In this document: one piece after another, positions 1-10,412 of the stretch
Layout of the letters: every line of letters starts with the position of its first letter
How positions within the stretch are numbered: position 1 is the first letter of the stretch
Assembly: GCA_052279835.1 (NCBI GenBank)
Contig: CP181291.1
Span: 3,296,001-3,360,000 of the forward strand
Origin: Microcoleus sp.
Lineage (GTDB): Bacteria > Cyanobacteriota > Cyanobacteriia > Cyanobacteriales > Microcoleaceae
Direction of reading: 5' to 3'
DNA length: 64,000 nucleotides
Made by a program: the position numbers and the translations under genes
The notes under the pieces: model-generated
What the model saw: only the letters and a program-made list of their open reading frames with translations
Database searches by the model: none
What the model was told of the DNA's origin: nothing

Positions 1-424
1 CATCATCCAGATGATGAATTGCCAGAGATGAAATACAAGCATCAAATTTATCACGCAAACCAGAAAAATTCGGATTAGTTGCCCATTCTCCAAAATCCAA
101 CTCGACTCCAGTCCACCTAGATCCATATCCTGCCAACTCTATTTTGGCACGAGCAAAATCAAGCATTCGTGGTGAATAATCCAAAGCCACTATTTCCGCA
201 GATGGATAGCGTTGCAGAACTTTTAAACTAAGTTCTCCGGTACCGCAACCCAATTCTAAAATCCGGTGGTTTGCATTCAATATACAACCTGCTAATACAT
301 CCAGCATTTCATCATATTTAGGCAAAATTCGCCGAATGCCCATATCAAAATCCGCAGTATTGATAAAAACTTCTCCCGGCAATATCTCCTTGTTTACAGG
401 TAAGGCACTAGAATCAGAATTCAC
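1..424 (-). CDS. Class I SAM-dependent methyltransferase (partial, runs off the window start)
   Basis: Manual translation from GTG at 424: VNSDSSALPVNKEILPGEVF...HRILELGCGTGE, with the SAM-binding motif I (LELGCGTG). Not in the supplied ORF track because it is truncated. Confidence 0.8.
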   Translation of the reverse strand, partial: MNSDSSALPVNKEILPGEVFINTADFDMGIRRILPKYDEMLDVLAGCILNANHRILELGCGTGELSLKVLQRYPSAEIVALDYSPRMLDFARAKIELAGYGSRWTGVELDFGEWATNPNFSGLRDKFDACISSLAIHHLDD

Positions 425-664
425 GATCGCTAACCAGAGACTACAATTGTTATCTTAACCGACATACATAAATAACTACAACTAGCGTTATTAAGTTATG
501 CGTACTTTTACGGATAACTCAAGCCATTGCAGTAAACAAGTATAAACAACCTCTGACACTCTACTGTCTTTCTTTAAATCTGATGCCCTAAAAATCCCCT
601 AAAAAAGCAGTGTTATGTTGGTAGTAAATCAAAATAACCATCAAACCTCACACTTGAGGATACC

Positions 665-2140
665 ATGCAACACTTAATTTCTGGCAGTCTGGCGGCGATC
701 GGCAAATTAGTTTACAAACGAGTTATCCTAGCAGTAACAATCCTATTCTGTGTAGGTGTAGCCATAGCGATGACCAATATGTCGGAGCTTTCATCCACCC
801 TAATTACATCCCAAGCACTCCAAAATGCCACCCTCTATGCCCAAGCCATTAAAGAAGCCCGCACCCTTTACAGTTCCGATGCTATCAAACCCCTAACCAC
901 CGCTAATGCGATTAGCTTCACCCACGACTACAATCCCACAAAAACCAAAGTAACAGTACCAGTACCAGCAACATTTTTGATAGAACTCGGTCAACATATC
1001 ACCAACAAAAATCCAGAAGTGTCAGTTCGTCTGTACAGCAACTACCCATTTCCTTGGCGGGAAAAAGAAGGTGGGCCTAAAGACAATTTTGAACGAGAAG
1101 CCCTCAGCTATTTGACGAGAAATCCCACAGCCAACTTTTTTAGAAGAGAAGATTATCTCGGTAAACCAGCATTTCGATATGCAGAAGCAGACATTTTAAC
1201 TCCTAGCTGCGTTAATTGTCACAACACCAACTCCTACAGTCCCAAAAAAGACTGGAAAGTAGGAGATGTGCGGGGCATATTAGAAATTACTCAACCTCTC
1301 AATACCATCACTCAAAAAACTCACAGTGGACTCAAAAACTTGTTTTTCCTGTTAGTTGGACTTTCCGTATTAGGGATATCAGGATTAAGTTTAGCTATCA
1401 GTAGATTGCGTCAAAATGCTAAACAATTAGAGCAGCGTGTCCGGGAAAGAACTGCCCAATTGCAAGAGACAAATATAGAATTGGTAAAAGAACAAGAAAA
1501 GAGCGATCGCCTGTTGCTCAATATTTTACCAGAATCCATTGCCAACAAGTTAAAAGACGGTCAAAATACCATAGCTGATTCCTTCGCCGAAGTCACGATT
1601 TTGTTTGCTGATATCGTGGGCTTTACCGTACTCTCATCTCAGATATCTGCTGAAGAATTACTCATTTTTCTCAACGAAATATTTTCCGCCTTCGATAGTC
1701 TGACAGAAAAGTACGGTTTGGAAAAAATCAAGACCATTGGCGACGCTTATATGGTAGTTGGAGGCTTGCCAAATCCCAGTACCAACCACGCCGAAAATAT
1801 TGCCGAAATGGCTTTAGATATGCAGCAGGAATTAGTTAAATTTAACGCCAAACATCACGCGACAATTAGCCTTCGCATCGGCATCAATACTGGTCCCGCA
1901 ATCGCCGGAGTTATTGGTACTAAAAAATTCATTTATGACCTGTGGGGCGATGCCGTCAATACAGCGGCACGCATGGAATCCCATGGAACTCCTGGCACTA
2001 TTCAAGTCACCAAATCAACCTACCATATTTTGCGAAATAAATATCTGTTTGAAGACAGAGGAATTATCCAGGTTAAAGGCAAGGGTGATATGAATACTTA
2101 TCTGCTGTTGGGCAGATTAGTTAATTCACAGTCAGTTTAA
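665..2140 (+). CDS. Membrane class III adenylate/guanylate cyclase with a periplasmic c-type heme (DUF3365/Tll0287-like) sensor
   Basis: Two TM segments flank a domain carrying CxxCH (SCVNCHN). C-terminal cyclase motifs TILFADIVGFT, KIKTIGDAYM, YDLWGDAVNTAARMES. GAGG RBS upstream. Confidence 0.88.
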   Translation: MQHLISGSLAAIGKLVYKRVILAVTILFCVGVAIAMTNMSELSSTLITSQALQNATLYAQAIKEARTLYSSDAIKPLTTANAISFTHDYNPTKTKVTVPVPATFLIELGQHITNKNPEVSVRLYSNYPFPWREKEGGPKDNFEREALSYLTRNPTANFFRREDYLGKPAFRYAEADILTPSCVNCHNTNSYSPKKDWKVGDVRGILEITQPLNTITQKTHSGLKNLFFLLVGLSVLGISGLSLAISRLRQNAKQLEQRVRERTAQLQETNIELVKEQEKSDRLLLNILPESIANKLKDGQNTIADSFAEVTILFADIVGFTVLSSQISAEELLIFLNEIFSAFDSLTEKYGLEKIKTIGDAYMVVGGLPNPSTNHAENIAEMALDMQQELVKFNAKHHATISLRIGINTGPAIAGVIGTKKFIYDLWGDAVNTAARMESHGTPGTIQVTKSTYHILRNKYLFEDRGIIQVKGKGDMNTYLLLGRLVNSQSV

Positions 2141-2213
2141 ATTGTATAGGATAATTCAGGGGGCATTTTCATAAATACTGACTGTTCACTTCTTCGTTCT
2201 CATAATTAGCCAT

Positions 2214-3644
2214 TTGCCAAACAGTAATTTTATGTCATTCAGGATGTTGTCATTTTTAGGTTTTTTCAAATCTCGCTTATCTCGGCAAATAGCCCTGTGG
2301 GTATTTGCGAGCATTTTAGTAATAGAAGCAATTATTTTAGTTCCCTCTTATTTTCGGCGGGAAGATGAACTATTAATGCAATTAGAACAGGTATCTCGCG
2401 CTACTATTGATTCCCTAGTATTTTTGCTCAAACAAGATATCTCCGATCGCCTTTTTTTGGAAAACCAAGTAAAAACTGCTATCAAACAATCAAAAATCAT
2501 CTTAGGATTATCTATCTATATGACTAATGGTCAGCTAATATATACATTTGGCGAAGCACCAGAAATTAAATTAGAACAAACAAAAAATGAGCGAATATTA
2601 CGCAAGCACTCTCTAGATTGGAAACGCTATGATGTTGCTTGGACTAATGAATATCTGGGAGGAAATTATACTTTAATTGTGCGCCATGATGCTTCATCTG
2701 TTCAACCAGAATTATACGCATTTATCTGGCGCATCTCAATTTTAGTTTTGATTATAACAGCCTTTGTTACTACTGTGACCATGCTATTTTTAGGAGGAAC
2801 AGTAATTGCACCTATCTTGAGACTGCGGGATGACTTGATAGCTGCGGGAGAGGCTTTAAGCCAAAATCGCATACAACCAGATTTCTATTCTTTTTCAGTC
2901 AAGCGCGATGATGAATTAGGAGAAGTAATGGTGGCTTTCAATCAAATGTTTTGCCGAGTCTATAAAGAAATTGCCCAGCGGCAAGCAGCGGAAGAAATCT
3001 TGCGTGCCGAACAAGAAAACTCCGAACGTTTATTATTAAATATCTTACCAAAAACTATTGCCGATCGCCTAAAAATAGGTCAAATCAACATAGCCGACGG
3101 ATTTGCCGAAGTCACGATTTTGTTTGCGGATATTGTGGGATTTACCGAAATATCCTCCCGCACATCTCCTCAAGAATTAGTAGAATTACTGAACAAAATC
3201 TTTTCAGCCTTTGACCATTTGAGCGAGCAATATGGACTGGAAAAAATCAAAACAATCGGTGATAATTATATGGTAGCTGGCGGTTTACCAGTCTCCTGTG
3301 CAAATCACGCCGAATCTATTGCAGAAATGGCCCTAGAAATGCAGCAAGAAATTATGAAATTTAGCGACGAAAGCGGCCAACCACTCCAGATTCGGATTGG
3401 TATTAATACAGGCCCAGTAGTCGCCGGTGTCATCGGCACAAAAAAATTTATCTACGACTTATGGGGAGATGCTGTCAACACAGCAAGCCGCATGGAATCC
3501 CAAGGAGTTCCTGGTAAAATTCAAGTCAGTGATTCCACCTATCAATTGTTGTGCAATAAGTATTTATTGGAAATACGCGGTACAGTCAATGTCAAAGGTA
3601 AGGGAGACATGACTACTTATTATCTAATAGGCAGAAAAAATTAA
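2214..3644 (+). CDS. Membrane class III adenylate/guanylate cyclase with HAMP domain (true start may be an ATG a few codons downstream)
   Basis: TM segments, HAMP-like RDDELGEVMVAFNQM, and cyclase motifs FADIVGFT, KIKTIGDNYM, GDAVNTASRMES. Confidence 0.88.
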   Translation: MPNSNFMSFRMLSFLGFFKSRLSRQIALWVFASILVIEAIILVPSYFRREDELLMQLEQVSRATIDSLVFLLKQDISDRLFLENQVKTAIKQSKIILGLSIYMTNGQLIYTFGEAPEIKLEQTKNERILRKHSLDWKRYDVAWTNEYLGGNYTLIVRHDASSVQPELYAFIWRISILVLIITAFVTTVTMLFLGGTVIAPILRLRDDLIAAGEALSQNRIQPDFYSFSVKRDDELGEVMVAFNQMFCRVYKEIAQRQAAEEILRAEQENSERLLLNILPKTIADRLKIGQINIADGFAEVTILFADIVGFTEISSRTSPQELVELLNKIFSAFDHLSEQYGLEKIKTIGDNYMVAGGLPVSCANHAESIAEMALEMQQEIMKFSDESGQPLQIRIGINTGPVVAGVIGTKKFIYDLWGDAVNTASRMESQGVPGKIQVSDSTYQLLCNKYLLEIRGTVNVKGKGDMTTYYLIGRKN

Positions 3645-3683
3645 AATAGGAGAAGTTGTGGACAAACGTGAGTCACGAGAAAG

Positions 3684-3779
3684 CTAACAACCAACAACCA
3701 ACAACAAATAACAAATAACAAATAACCCTTCGACTTCGCTGGCTGGCGACGCCAATTACCAATTACCAATTACCAATAA
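3684..3779. repeat. STRR-type heptamer tandem repeats (AACAAAT, CCAATTA) between convergent genes
   Basis: Visible tandem heptamers, typical of filamentous cyanobacteria. Confidence 0.75.
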
Positions 3780-6338
3780 CTACCACTGTGGCCGAGAAGC
3801 CATCAAAGTAGTAGCAGCCTCGCTCGGTAACGGCTTAGCAAAAAAATAACCTTGCCCGTATTCGCAGCCGATCGCCCTTAACCTAGCCAATTGTGCCGCC
3901 GTCTCCACACCCTCCGCAATCACATCCATACCCAAAGCATGGGCGAGGGTAACAATCGTCCGCACGATCGCCACATTCTCCCCCTCGCTTTCTGTCTCCA
4001 TCAGCCCCACAAACGACTTATCAACCTTCAAAGTATCCGTCGGAAACCGACTCAAATAACTCAAAGAAGAATAACCAGTACCAAAATCATCAATTCCTAA
4101 CTTGACATTCAGGGCTTTCATATGCTTTAAAACCGCGATCGCCGACTCCACATCATCCATCACCACACTCTCAGTAATCTCCAACTTTAAACTCTCGGCA
4201 CTCAAACCCGTGGTTCCCAAAATCTCCTTAATTCGCGCCACCAAATCCGGCTGAGCAAACTGCTTCCCAGACAAATTTACACTCATCATCAAAGGTCGAT
4301 CGAAATCAAACATCCCCTCCCACAGACGCAACTGACGACAAGCCTCCTCCAACACCCACTCACCAAGCGGTACAATCGCCCCCGTCTCCTCAGCCACCGG
4401 AATAAACTTCACCGGCGACACCAAACCCCGCACCGGATGCTGCCAACGCACCAAAGCCTCAAACCCAATAATCCTCCCAGTTGCCAAACACACAAACGGC
4501 TGGTAGTGTAGCAAAAACTCCCCACGCTTGAGCGCCATCCGCAAATCCGTCTCCAACTGCAACCTCTCCAGGGCCAAATCGTGCATCGAAGCATTAAACA
4601 ACTGATACCTTCCCATCCCCAAAGCCTTCGCCCGATACATCGCCGTGTGGGCATCCCTGAGCAAATGTTCCGGCTGTTCCCTGACGGTAGCTGTGGCTTC
4701 GCCCCCCACCGCAATGCCGATGCTAGCAGTGACAAATACCTCTTGCCCTCTCAACTCAAAAGGTACAATTAAAGCTTGGTGAATGCGATCAGCCAAATTC
4801 AGCGCACTATCAACATCCGTATTTCTCACCAAAATCGCAAAATCGTCACCCCCCACCCGCGCCACAGTCTCCCCGTGGCAAAGACTTGCTCTCAACCGCA
4901 GCACAACCGACATCAGCAGTTCATCCCCCGCCAAATGACCCAAAGAATCATTAATTACCTTGAACCGGTCTAAATCCAAAAACAGCACCGCAAACAAATA
5001 ACTGGGGCGACCTCTAGTATTGCCGATCGCCCGCCCCAGACACTCCACAAACAAATCCCGGTTAGGCAAACCTGTCAGCGAATCGTGAAAAGCATCGTAA
5101 AGCTTTTTGTAAGCACTGACACCCACACCAGTCATCACCAAACCCAAAGTCGGCGACACCAGAGGCACCCACCCACCCACTGTAAAAATGCCAAAACTCA
5201 CCCCCAACAGCCCCACCAATACCCCAACCCCACACAATCCAGCCCGCAGAGGGTGCTGAATCCGCCAAGCTATAGTCCCCCCCAACACCGCCCAGGAAGC
5301 ATTCCACAAAATTTCTGCCCAAGATGGCCACATCCAAAAAAGCGATCGCCCATCCAACACTGCACTCAACAATTGGCTCAGCATTTGAGCGTGCAGCAGC
5401 ACCCCCGGCATTTTTGGACTTTGCTTAAGCGCTGGGCTATAGGGTGTCAAAAACAAATCTCTGGCACTAGGTGCTGTGGTCCCAATCAACACAATCTTGT
5501 CTTTCACCCAACTGGGATCAATTTCTCCCTTCAACACCTGCGTCATACTCACTTGTCGCGCCACGTTGTTAGCAGAATGGTATTGCAGCAAAATTTGGTA
5601 GCCTTTGGTGTCAATATTGGCATAGCCACCACTGTGAGGTTTTAAAGGTTGGAATTGTGCTTTACCCCAGTTGATTTGGTTGGCATGAACAGGGCTATCT
5701 TCTGGTTGCAACCTGTCTTTGAGATAAAGCAAAGCTAGTTGTACAGAAAATGAGAAAGCAATGGTTCGATCGGGTTTCGACACAGAAATCAAATTGCGAC
5801 GCACCACACCATCAGCGTCGAGCACGAAGTCGTTAAAGCCCACTCGCTCTGGTGGTATCCCCGGTGGTGCAGATACTCCCGGAGTTTCCCCATCGCTCAA
5901 TTTGTTGATGGCCACCACATTCGGTGCTTTCAGTTGCGCCAACAATTCCTGATGTCCCGGTGCTTGTGCCAAATCCCGGTACAAGTCCAAACCGATCGCC
6001 TTTGGATGATATTTTTGCAATTTTGTCAAGGTTTGAGCAAGTGCTCGATCGGTAATCGGAAATCTGCCCAAGGCTTGAATATCCGCCTCCGAAATACCCA
6101 CTACCAACAGTCTAGGATCTGTGCCCTTCGATGGCTGCAAGCGCACTAAAGAGTCAAAACTGCCTAATTCCCAGCTTTGGAACCCTCCCAACCGACGCAC
6201 TCCCAGATTCAGTAGCGTTACTGTTGCGCCCGCCAATACAGCAGGCAAAACCCATACTCGCCCACCTTGACAACTCAAACCCAGGGGAGTTAGGACAGAA
6301 AACAGCGATCGAATATTTTGAGATAATTTGGAACTCAT
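3780..6338 (-). CDS. CHASE2-GGDEF-EAL c-di-GMP signalling protein (start probably ATG 6338; ORF track extends to 6512)
   Basis: CHASE2 motifs (DPRLLVVGISEADI, AIGLDLYRD, KDKIVLIG), 3 TM segments, GGDEF-like GGDDF, EAL domain (GFEALVRW, DDFGTGYSS). Confidence 0.9.
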   Translation of the reverse strand: MSSKLSQNIRSLFSVLTPLGLSCQGGRVWVLPAVLAGATVTLLNLGVRRLGGFQSWELGSFDSLVRLQPSKGTDPRLLVVGISEADIQALGRFPITDRALAQTLTKLQKYHPKAIGLDLYRDLAQAPGHQELLAQLKAPNVVAINKLSDGETPGVSAPPGIPPERVGFNDFVLDADGVVRRNLISVSKPDRTIAFSFSVQLALLYLKDRLQPEDSPVHANQINWGKAQFQPLKPHSGGYANIDTKGYQILLQYHSANNVARQVSMTQVLKGEIDPSWVKDKIVLIGTTAPSARDLFLTPYSPALKQSPKMPGVLLHAQMLSQLLSAVLDGRSLFWMWPSWAEILWNASWAVLGGTIAWRIQHPLRAGLCGVGVLVGLLGVSFGIFTVGGWVPLVSPTLGLVMTGVGVSAYKKLYDAFHDSLTGLPNRDLFVECLGRAIGNTRGRPSYLFAVLFLDLDRFKVINDSLGHLAGDELLMSVVLRLRASLCHGETVARVGGDDFAILVRNTDVDSALNLADRIHQALIVPFELRGQEVFVTASIGIAVGGEATATVREQPEHLLRDAHTAMYRAKALGMGRYQLFNASMHDLALERLQLETDLRMALKRGEFLLHYQPFVCLATGRIIGFEALVRWQHPVRGLVSPVKFIPVAEETGAIVPLGEWVLEEACRQLRLWEGMFDFDRPLMMSVNLSGKQFAQPDLVARIKEILGTTGLSAESLKLEITESVVMDDVESAIAVLKHMKALNVKLGIDDFGTGYSSLSYLSRFPTDTLKVDKSFVGLMETESEGENVAIVRTIVTLAHALGMDVIAEGVETAAQLARLRAIGCEYGQGYFFAKPLPSEAATTLMASRPQW

Positions 6339-6626
6339 CCGACAGTAAATCGCAGAAAGCAGAAGGTCGAAGGCATAATTAAACCTCATAAATTCAGAGA
6401 GAGAGCTTTGAGGCAGGCAGCAACTTCTGCCATCGGCAAAAATTGACCTATAGAAATTTGCTTCTCCCAGTCTGTTTTCACAGAATGGTTTCAGAAGTTG
6501 TGGCAAAAACAAGTTTGCCTCAAATAATTGCTTGATTTCACAAAGTTTATAGGAACCTTAAGAATGTGTCAGTCCTGGTAGGGTTAAAATTTAGTCGATA
6601 GACTTTCAGAATTTTTTTTTGAGATT

Positions 6627-7454
6627 ATGGCGAATCAACTTCCAATTCCGGTGATTGTTAACGGTGCCGCAGGCAAAATGGGCCGCGAAGTAATTAAGGC
6701 GATCGCCAACGCTCCAGACCTCACCCTATTCGGGGCCATAGACCACTCTCCTGAAGTCCTCAACGCCGATGCCGGAGAATTAGCAGGGGGCGGGCCGTTG
6801 GAAGTTCCCATTACCGACGATTTGCAAGGAATGCTGGTATTAGCAGCCCAGGAAAAACAGCCAGGGGTGATGGTAGATTTTACACACCCGAAGTCGGTTT
6901 ACGAAAATGTGCGATCGGCTATAGCCTACGGCATTCGTCCCGTCGTCGGCACCACTGGTTTGAGTACCGAGCAAATTCAAAAATTAGCTGAGTTTGCCGA
7001 CAAAGCCAGCATTGGCTGTCTAATTATACCCAATTTTTCCATCGGCATGGTTCTACTACAACAAGCCGCTGTCACAGCATCTCAATATTTTGAACACGTA
7101 GAAATTATCGAACTCCATCACAATCAAAAAGCCGATGCACCCAGCGGTACTGCCATTCAAACTGCCCAAATGCTAGCAGAAATGGGAAAAACATTCAATC
7201 CCCCACAGGTAGAAGAAACCGAAAAATTGCAGGGAGCTAGAGGCTCTTTAGCCGACGAAGGAATTCGGATTCACAGCATCCGCTTACCCGGTTTAATTGC
7301 TCACCAAGAAGTAATTTTTGGCGGCGAGGGTCAAGTTTATACTTTACGTCACGACACGAGCGATCGCGCTTGTTATATGCCCGGAGTCGTGCTATCTATA
7401 CGCAAAGTAATTGAATTGCGATCGCTAGTTTACGGATTGGAAAAAATACTCTAG
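6627..7454 (+). CDS. dapB: 4-hydroxy-tetrahydrodipicolinate reductase
   Basis: [12 protein letters not shown]-binding motif, DFTHP, and [15 protein letters not shown] signature. Confidence 0.96.
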   Translation: MANQLPIPVIVNGAAGKMGREVIKAIANAPDLTLFGAIDHSPEVLNADAGELAGGGPLEVPITDDLQGMLVLAAQEKQPGVMVDFTHPKSVYENVRSAIAYGIRPVVGTTGLSTEQIQKLAEFADKASIGCLIIPNFSIGMVLLQQAAVTASQYFEHVEIIELHHNQKADAPSGTAIQTAQMLAEMGKTFNPPQVEETEKLQGARGSLADEGIRIHSIRLPGLIAHQEVIFGGEGQVYTLRHDTSDRACYMPGVVLSIRKVIELRSLVYGLEKIL

Positions 7455-7530
7455 GGAATCGGGGAATGGGGAATTGGGAATGGGGAATGGGGAATGGGGA
7501 ATGGGGAATTGGGGATGGGGAATTGGGAAT
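7454..7530 (+). repeat. STRR heptamer array GGGAAT(G/T), left arm
   Basis: About 11 tandem GGGAATG/GGGAATT units directly after the dapB stop. Confidence 0.9.
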
Positions 7531-7544
7531 AGAGGGGTGTAGAT

Positions 7545-7925
7545 ATGAGTAGACCAGATTTTGAGGATTTGGATGTTTACAAGTTGGCTGAAAAGTTAGC
7601 AAACGAGGTTTGGTTTATCGTCAAACAATGGGATTATTTCACAAAAGATACTATGGACCAGCAAATTGTACGCTCCGCCGATAGTGTTTGTGCTAATATC
7701 GCAGAAGGACGAGGCAGATATAATCATCAAGACAATCGGCGCTTTATTAAAATTGCCAGAGGCTCTTTATATGAAACAATCAGTTGGTTGAGATTGGCAT
7801 ACGCCAGACAGTTGTTAGCAGATGAACAAGTAAAAAAACTTCAACCAATAATTGATGAACTGCCACCCAAACTCAATGCTTATCTAAACTCAATAGGTGA
7901 CAAAAAAGATCGAATGAGTGATTAA
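7545..7925 (+). CDS. Four-helix-bundle protein (23S rRNA IVS-protein-like family)
   Basis: FEDLDVYKLA...QIVRSADSVCANIAEGRGR...FIKIARGSLYET family signature. Confidence 0.9.
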   Translation: MSRPDFEDLDVYKLAEKLANEVWFIVKQWDYFTKDTMDQQIVRSADSVCANIAEGRGRYNHQDNRRFIKIARGSLYETISWLRLAYARQLLADEQVKKLQPIIDELPPKLNAYLNSIGDKKDRMSD

Positions 7926-7942
7926 AAACTTGAGACACATAG

Positions 7943-8018
7943 CCAATTCCCCATCCCCCATCCCCCAATCCCCAATTCCCAATTCCCAATTCCCCATTCC
8001 CCATTCCCAATTCCCCAT
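7943..8018 (-). repeat. STRR heptamer array (C/A)ATTCCC, right arm, inverted relative to 7454-7530
   Basis: Tandem CCCAATT/CCCCATT units, the reverse complement of the left array. Confidence 0.88.
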
Positions 8019-8019
8019 T

Positions 8020-8724
8020 ATGCTAATTCCCCTAACCCGCGAAACATTTCAAGAACTAATTCCCGCCGTCGCCACGGGAGCTCAATACAAATATTTCTGG
8101 GGAAAACCACCAGACTTTCTCAGAAGAATGCTAATCTCTGCTGTCGCCGTAGTTTTTCTAGTTGTCCTCTACAACTTCGCCGGTTCCGATGTCGGGCCCC
8201 TAGTATTAATCACCGGACTAATCGCAGGTTTGTACTGGTTGTGGGGACCAATTTTGTGGGCCAGTTTGCGGAATGCAGAATGCCGCAAATATAAATATTG
8301 CGGTTTTTGGCAAGGACGAGTTTTGGATATATACATCACAGATGAAGTCACAAGTCAAGAAGAAACAGTCAACCAAAAAGGACAATTAGTAATAGTAGAC
8401 AACTTAGAACCGCGAATTAACTTAGAAGTCGGCGACAAAACCGGATTTACAACTACACTACAAGCCCCATTGCAGAAAAGCCACCAAGGAATTGTCCCCG
8501 GCCAAGCTGCTTTGATGTTAATCATGTCAAATCAAGAAGATTTGGGCAGAATTGCCAAAGTTTCAGATATTTACATTCCCAGCCGCGAAGTGTGGGTAAG
8601 CGACTATCCTTATTTGCGTAAAGATGTATTTATTGAAATGAGCGAACAGATTAAAAAAGGTAGGAAAAAAGACCGCGATCGTGATAATAGAAGCACAAAA
8701 AGGCGATCGCCCGCTGATTATTAA
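8020..8724 (+). CDS. Conserved cyanobacterial membrane protein of unknown function
   Basis: MLIPLTRETFQELIPAVATGAQY start with two TM segments. The ORF-track extension from 7918 is translated STRR repeat. Confidence 0.75.
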   Translation: MLIPLTRETFQELIPAVATGAQYKYFWGKPPDFLRRMLISAVAVVFLVVLYNFAGSDVGPLVLITGLIAGLYWLWGPILWASLRNAECRKYKYCGFWQGRVLDIYITDEVTSQEETVNQKGQLVIVDNLEPRINLEVGDKTGFTTTLQAPLQKSHQGIVPGQAALMLIMSNQEDLGRIAKVSDIYIPSREVWVSDYPYLRKDVFIEMSEQIKKGRKKDRDRDNRSTKRRSPADY

Positions 8725-8749
8725 TCCGACTTAAGCGCGGGTTGGTGGC

Positions 8750-9079
8750 CAGAAACCGGGTTTTTGCCAGAGTCTTTGTGACGACACGGAAATTTGATAA
8801 AAAACCCGGTTTCTTGCAATCGCCGGGGCCTTTAAATTCCGTTTGATTAACACAATCACCCGGCGGTTTAAACCGCGTCTACATAAACAAAACCCACCTC
8901 CGTGGGTTGAAGATTTCATCCAATTATTTTCCATCAACCCGGCGGTTTAAACCGCGTCTACATAAACAAAACCCACCTCCGTGGGTTGAAGATTTTACCC
9001 AATTATTTTCCATCCCCAAATACCATCTTCGTCCGCGGAGGCGGACATCGTTTGTGTAGCCGCGGTTTCCAACCGCCGG
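8750..9079. repeat. Cluster of REP/MITE-like palindromic repeats, including a 79-bp tandem duplication
   Basis: AGAAACCGGGTTTT...AAAACCCGGTTTCT hairpin (8751-8814). A 79-bp unit starts at 8858 and again at 8937. An inverted partner GTCCGCGGAGGCGGAC...CCAACCGCCGG lies at about 9031-9079. Confidence 0.75.
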
Positions 9080-9512
9080 GGCCTCCGCAACCCCAAACTT
9101 GCATTCCCCCCACAAACAATGTAAAATATCCCAAACATGGGTTGTAAAACATGAACGAAAAACGCCGCGAAGCCTATCTCACCCTCATCCAATCTCTCCT
9201 CAACTCCCCAGAAGACGAACAAATCACCATCCTCCAAGCCAATCTCGAATTATTAGACGATGGTTTTGCCCAATATTTGCGAGAATGGGCCACTCAAACC
9301 CTCGCAGCAATAAAGTCAGAGGAAGCATACAACTTTGCGGATAATCTCTACAGTTTTAATATTACAATTTCCAGTTTTCCCCTAGGAAGTCGCGCCGCTA
9401 ATATAGAAATTGCGATTGCTTGTTTAGAAGTCGGATTAATTATTTTTACTCGCGAAGCTTACCCAAAAGATTGGGGATACAATCAAAACAGTCTGGGTAT
9501 TAAATACAAAGA

Positions 9513-10412
9513 CAGAATCAAGGAAGACAAAGCCGAGAATATCGAAAAGGCGATCGCCTGTTATCAAGCAGCTTTAGAAGTTTACACCCGCGCCGCTTTT
9601 CCCCAACAATGGGCGATGACTCAAAACAATTTAGCAACTGCTTACTATAGCAGAATCAAGGAAGACAAAGCCGAGAATATCGAAAAGGCGATCGCCTGTT
9701 ATCAAGCAGCTTTAGAAGTTTACACCCGCGCCGCTTCTCCCCAACAATGGGCGATGACTCAAAATAATTTAGCAACTGCTTACTATAGCAGAATCAAGGA
9801 AGACAAAGCCGAGAATATCGAAAAGGCGATCGCCTGTTATCAAGCAGCTTTAGAAGTTCGTACCCGCGCCGCTTTTCCCCAACAATGGGCGATGACTCAA
9901 AATAATTTAGCAACTGCTTACAGTGACAGAATCAAGGAAGATAAAGCCGAGAATATCGAAAAGGCGATCGCCTGTTATCAAGCAGCTTTAGAAGTTTACA
10001 CTCGCGCCGCTTCTCCCCAACAATGGGCGATGACTCAAAATAATTTAGGAAATGCTTACAGTGACAGAATCAAGGAAGACAAAGCGGAGAATATCGAAAA
10101 GGCGATCGCCTGTTATGAATTGGCTTTAGAAGTTCGTACCCGCGCCGCTTCTCCCCAACAATGGGCGATGACTCAAAATAATTTAGCAACTGCTTACAGA
10201 AACAGAATCAGGGAAGACAAAGCCGAGAATATCGAAAAGGCGATCGCCTGTTATGAATTGGCTTTAGAAGTTCGTACCCGCGCCGCTTCTCCCCAAGATT
10301 GGGCGATGACTCAAAATAATTTAGGAAATGCTTACAGTAACAGAATCAAGGAAGATAAAGCCGAGAATATCGAAAAGGCGGTCTCATGTTATCAAGCAGC
10401 TTTAGAAGTTCG
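9513..10412 (+). repeat. About 6.5 near-identical 138-bp (46-aa) TPR tandem repeats
   Basis: GCCGAGAAT recurs at 9532, 9670 and onward with period 138. The RI(K/R)EDKAENIEKA motif occurs 7 times. Confidence 0.92.

Noticed and set aside
7918..8019. N-terminal SPIPNSQFPI extensions here and at 36671-36739
   Set aside because: Translated STRR heptamer repeats; the real starts lie downstream.
8731..9344. Short ORFs in the repeat cluster
   Set aside because: They arise from duplicated palindromic repeats or overlap the TPR gene, with no protein-like signal.
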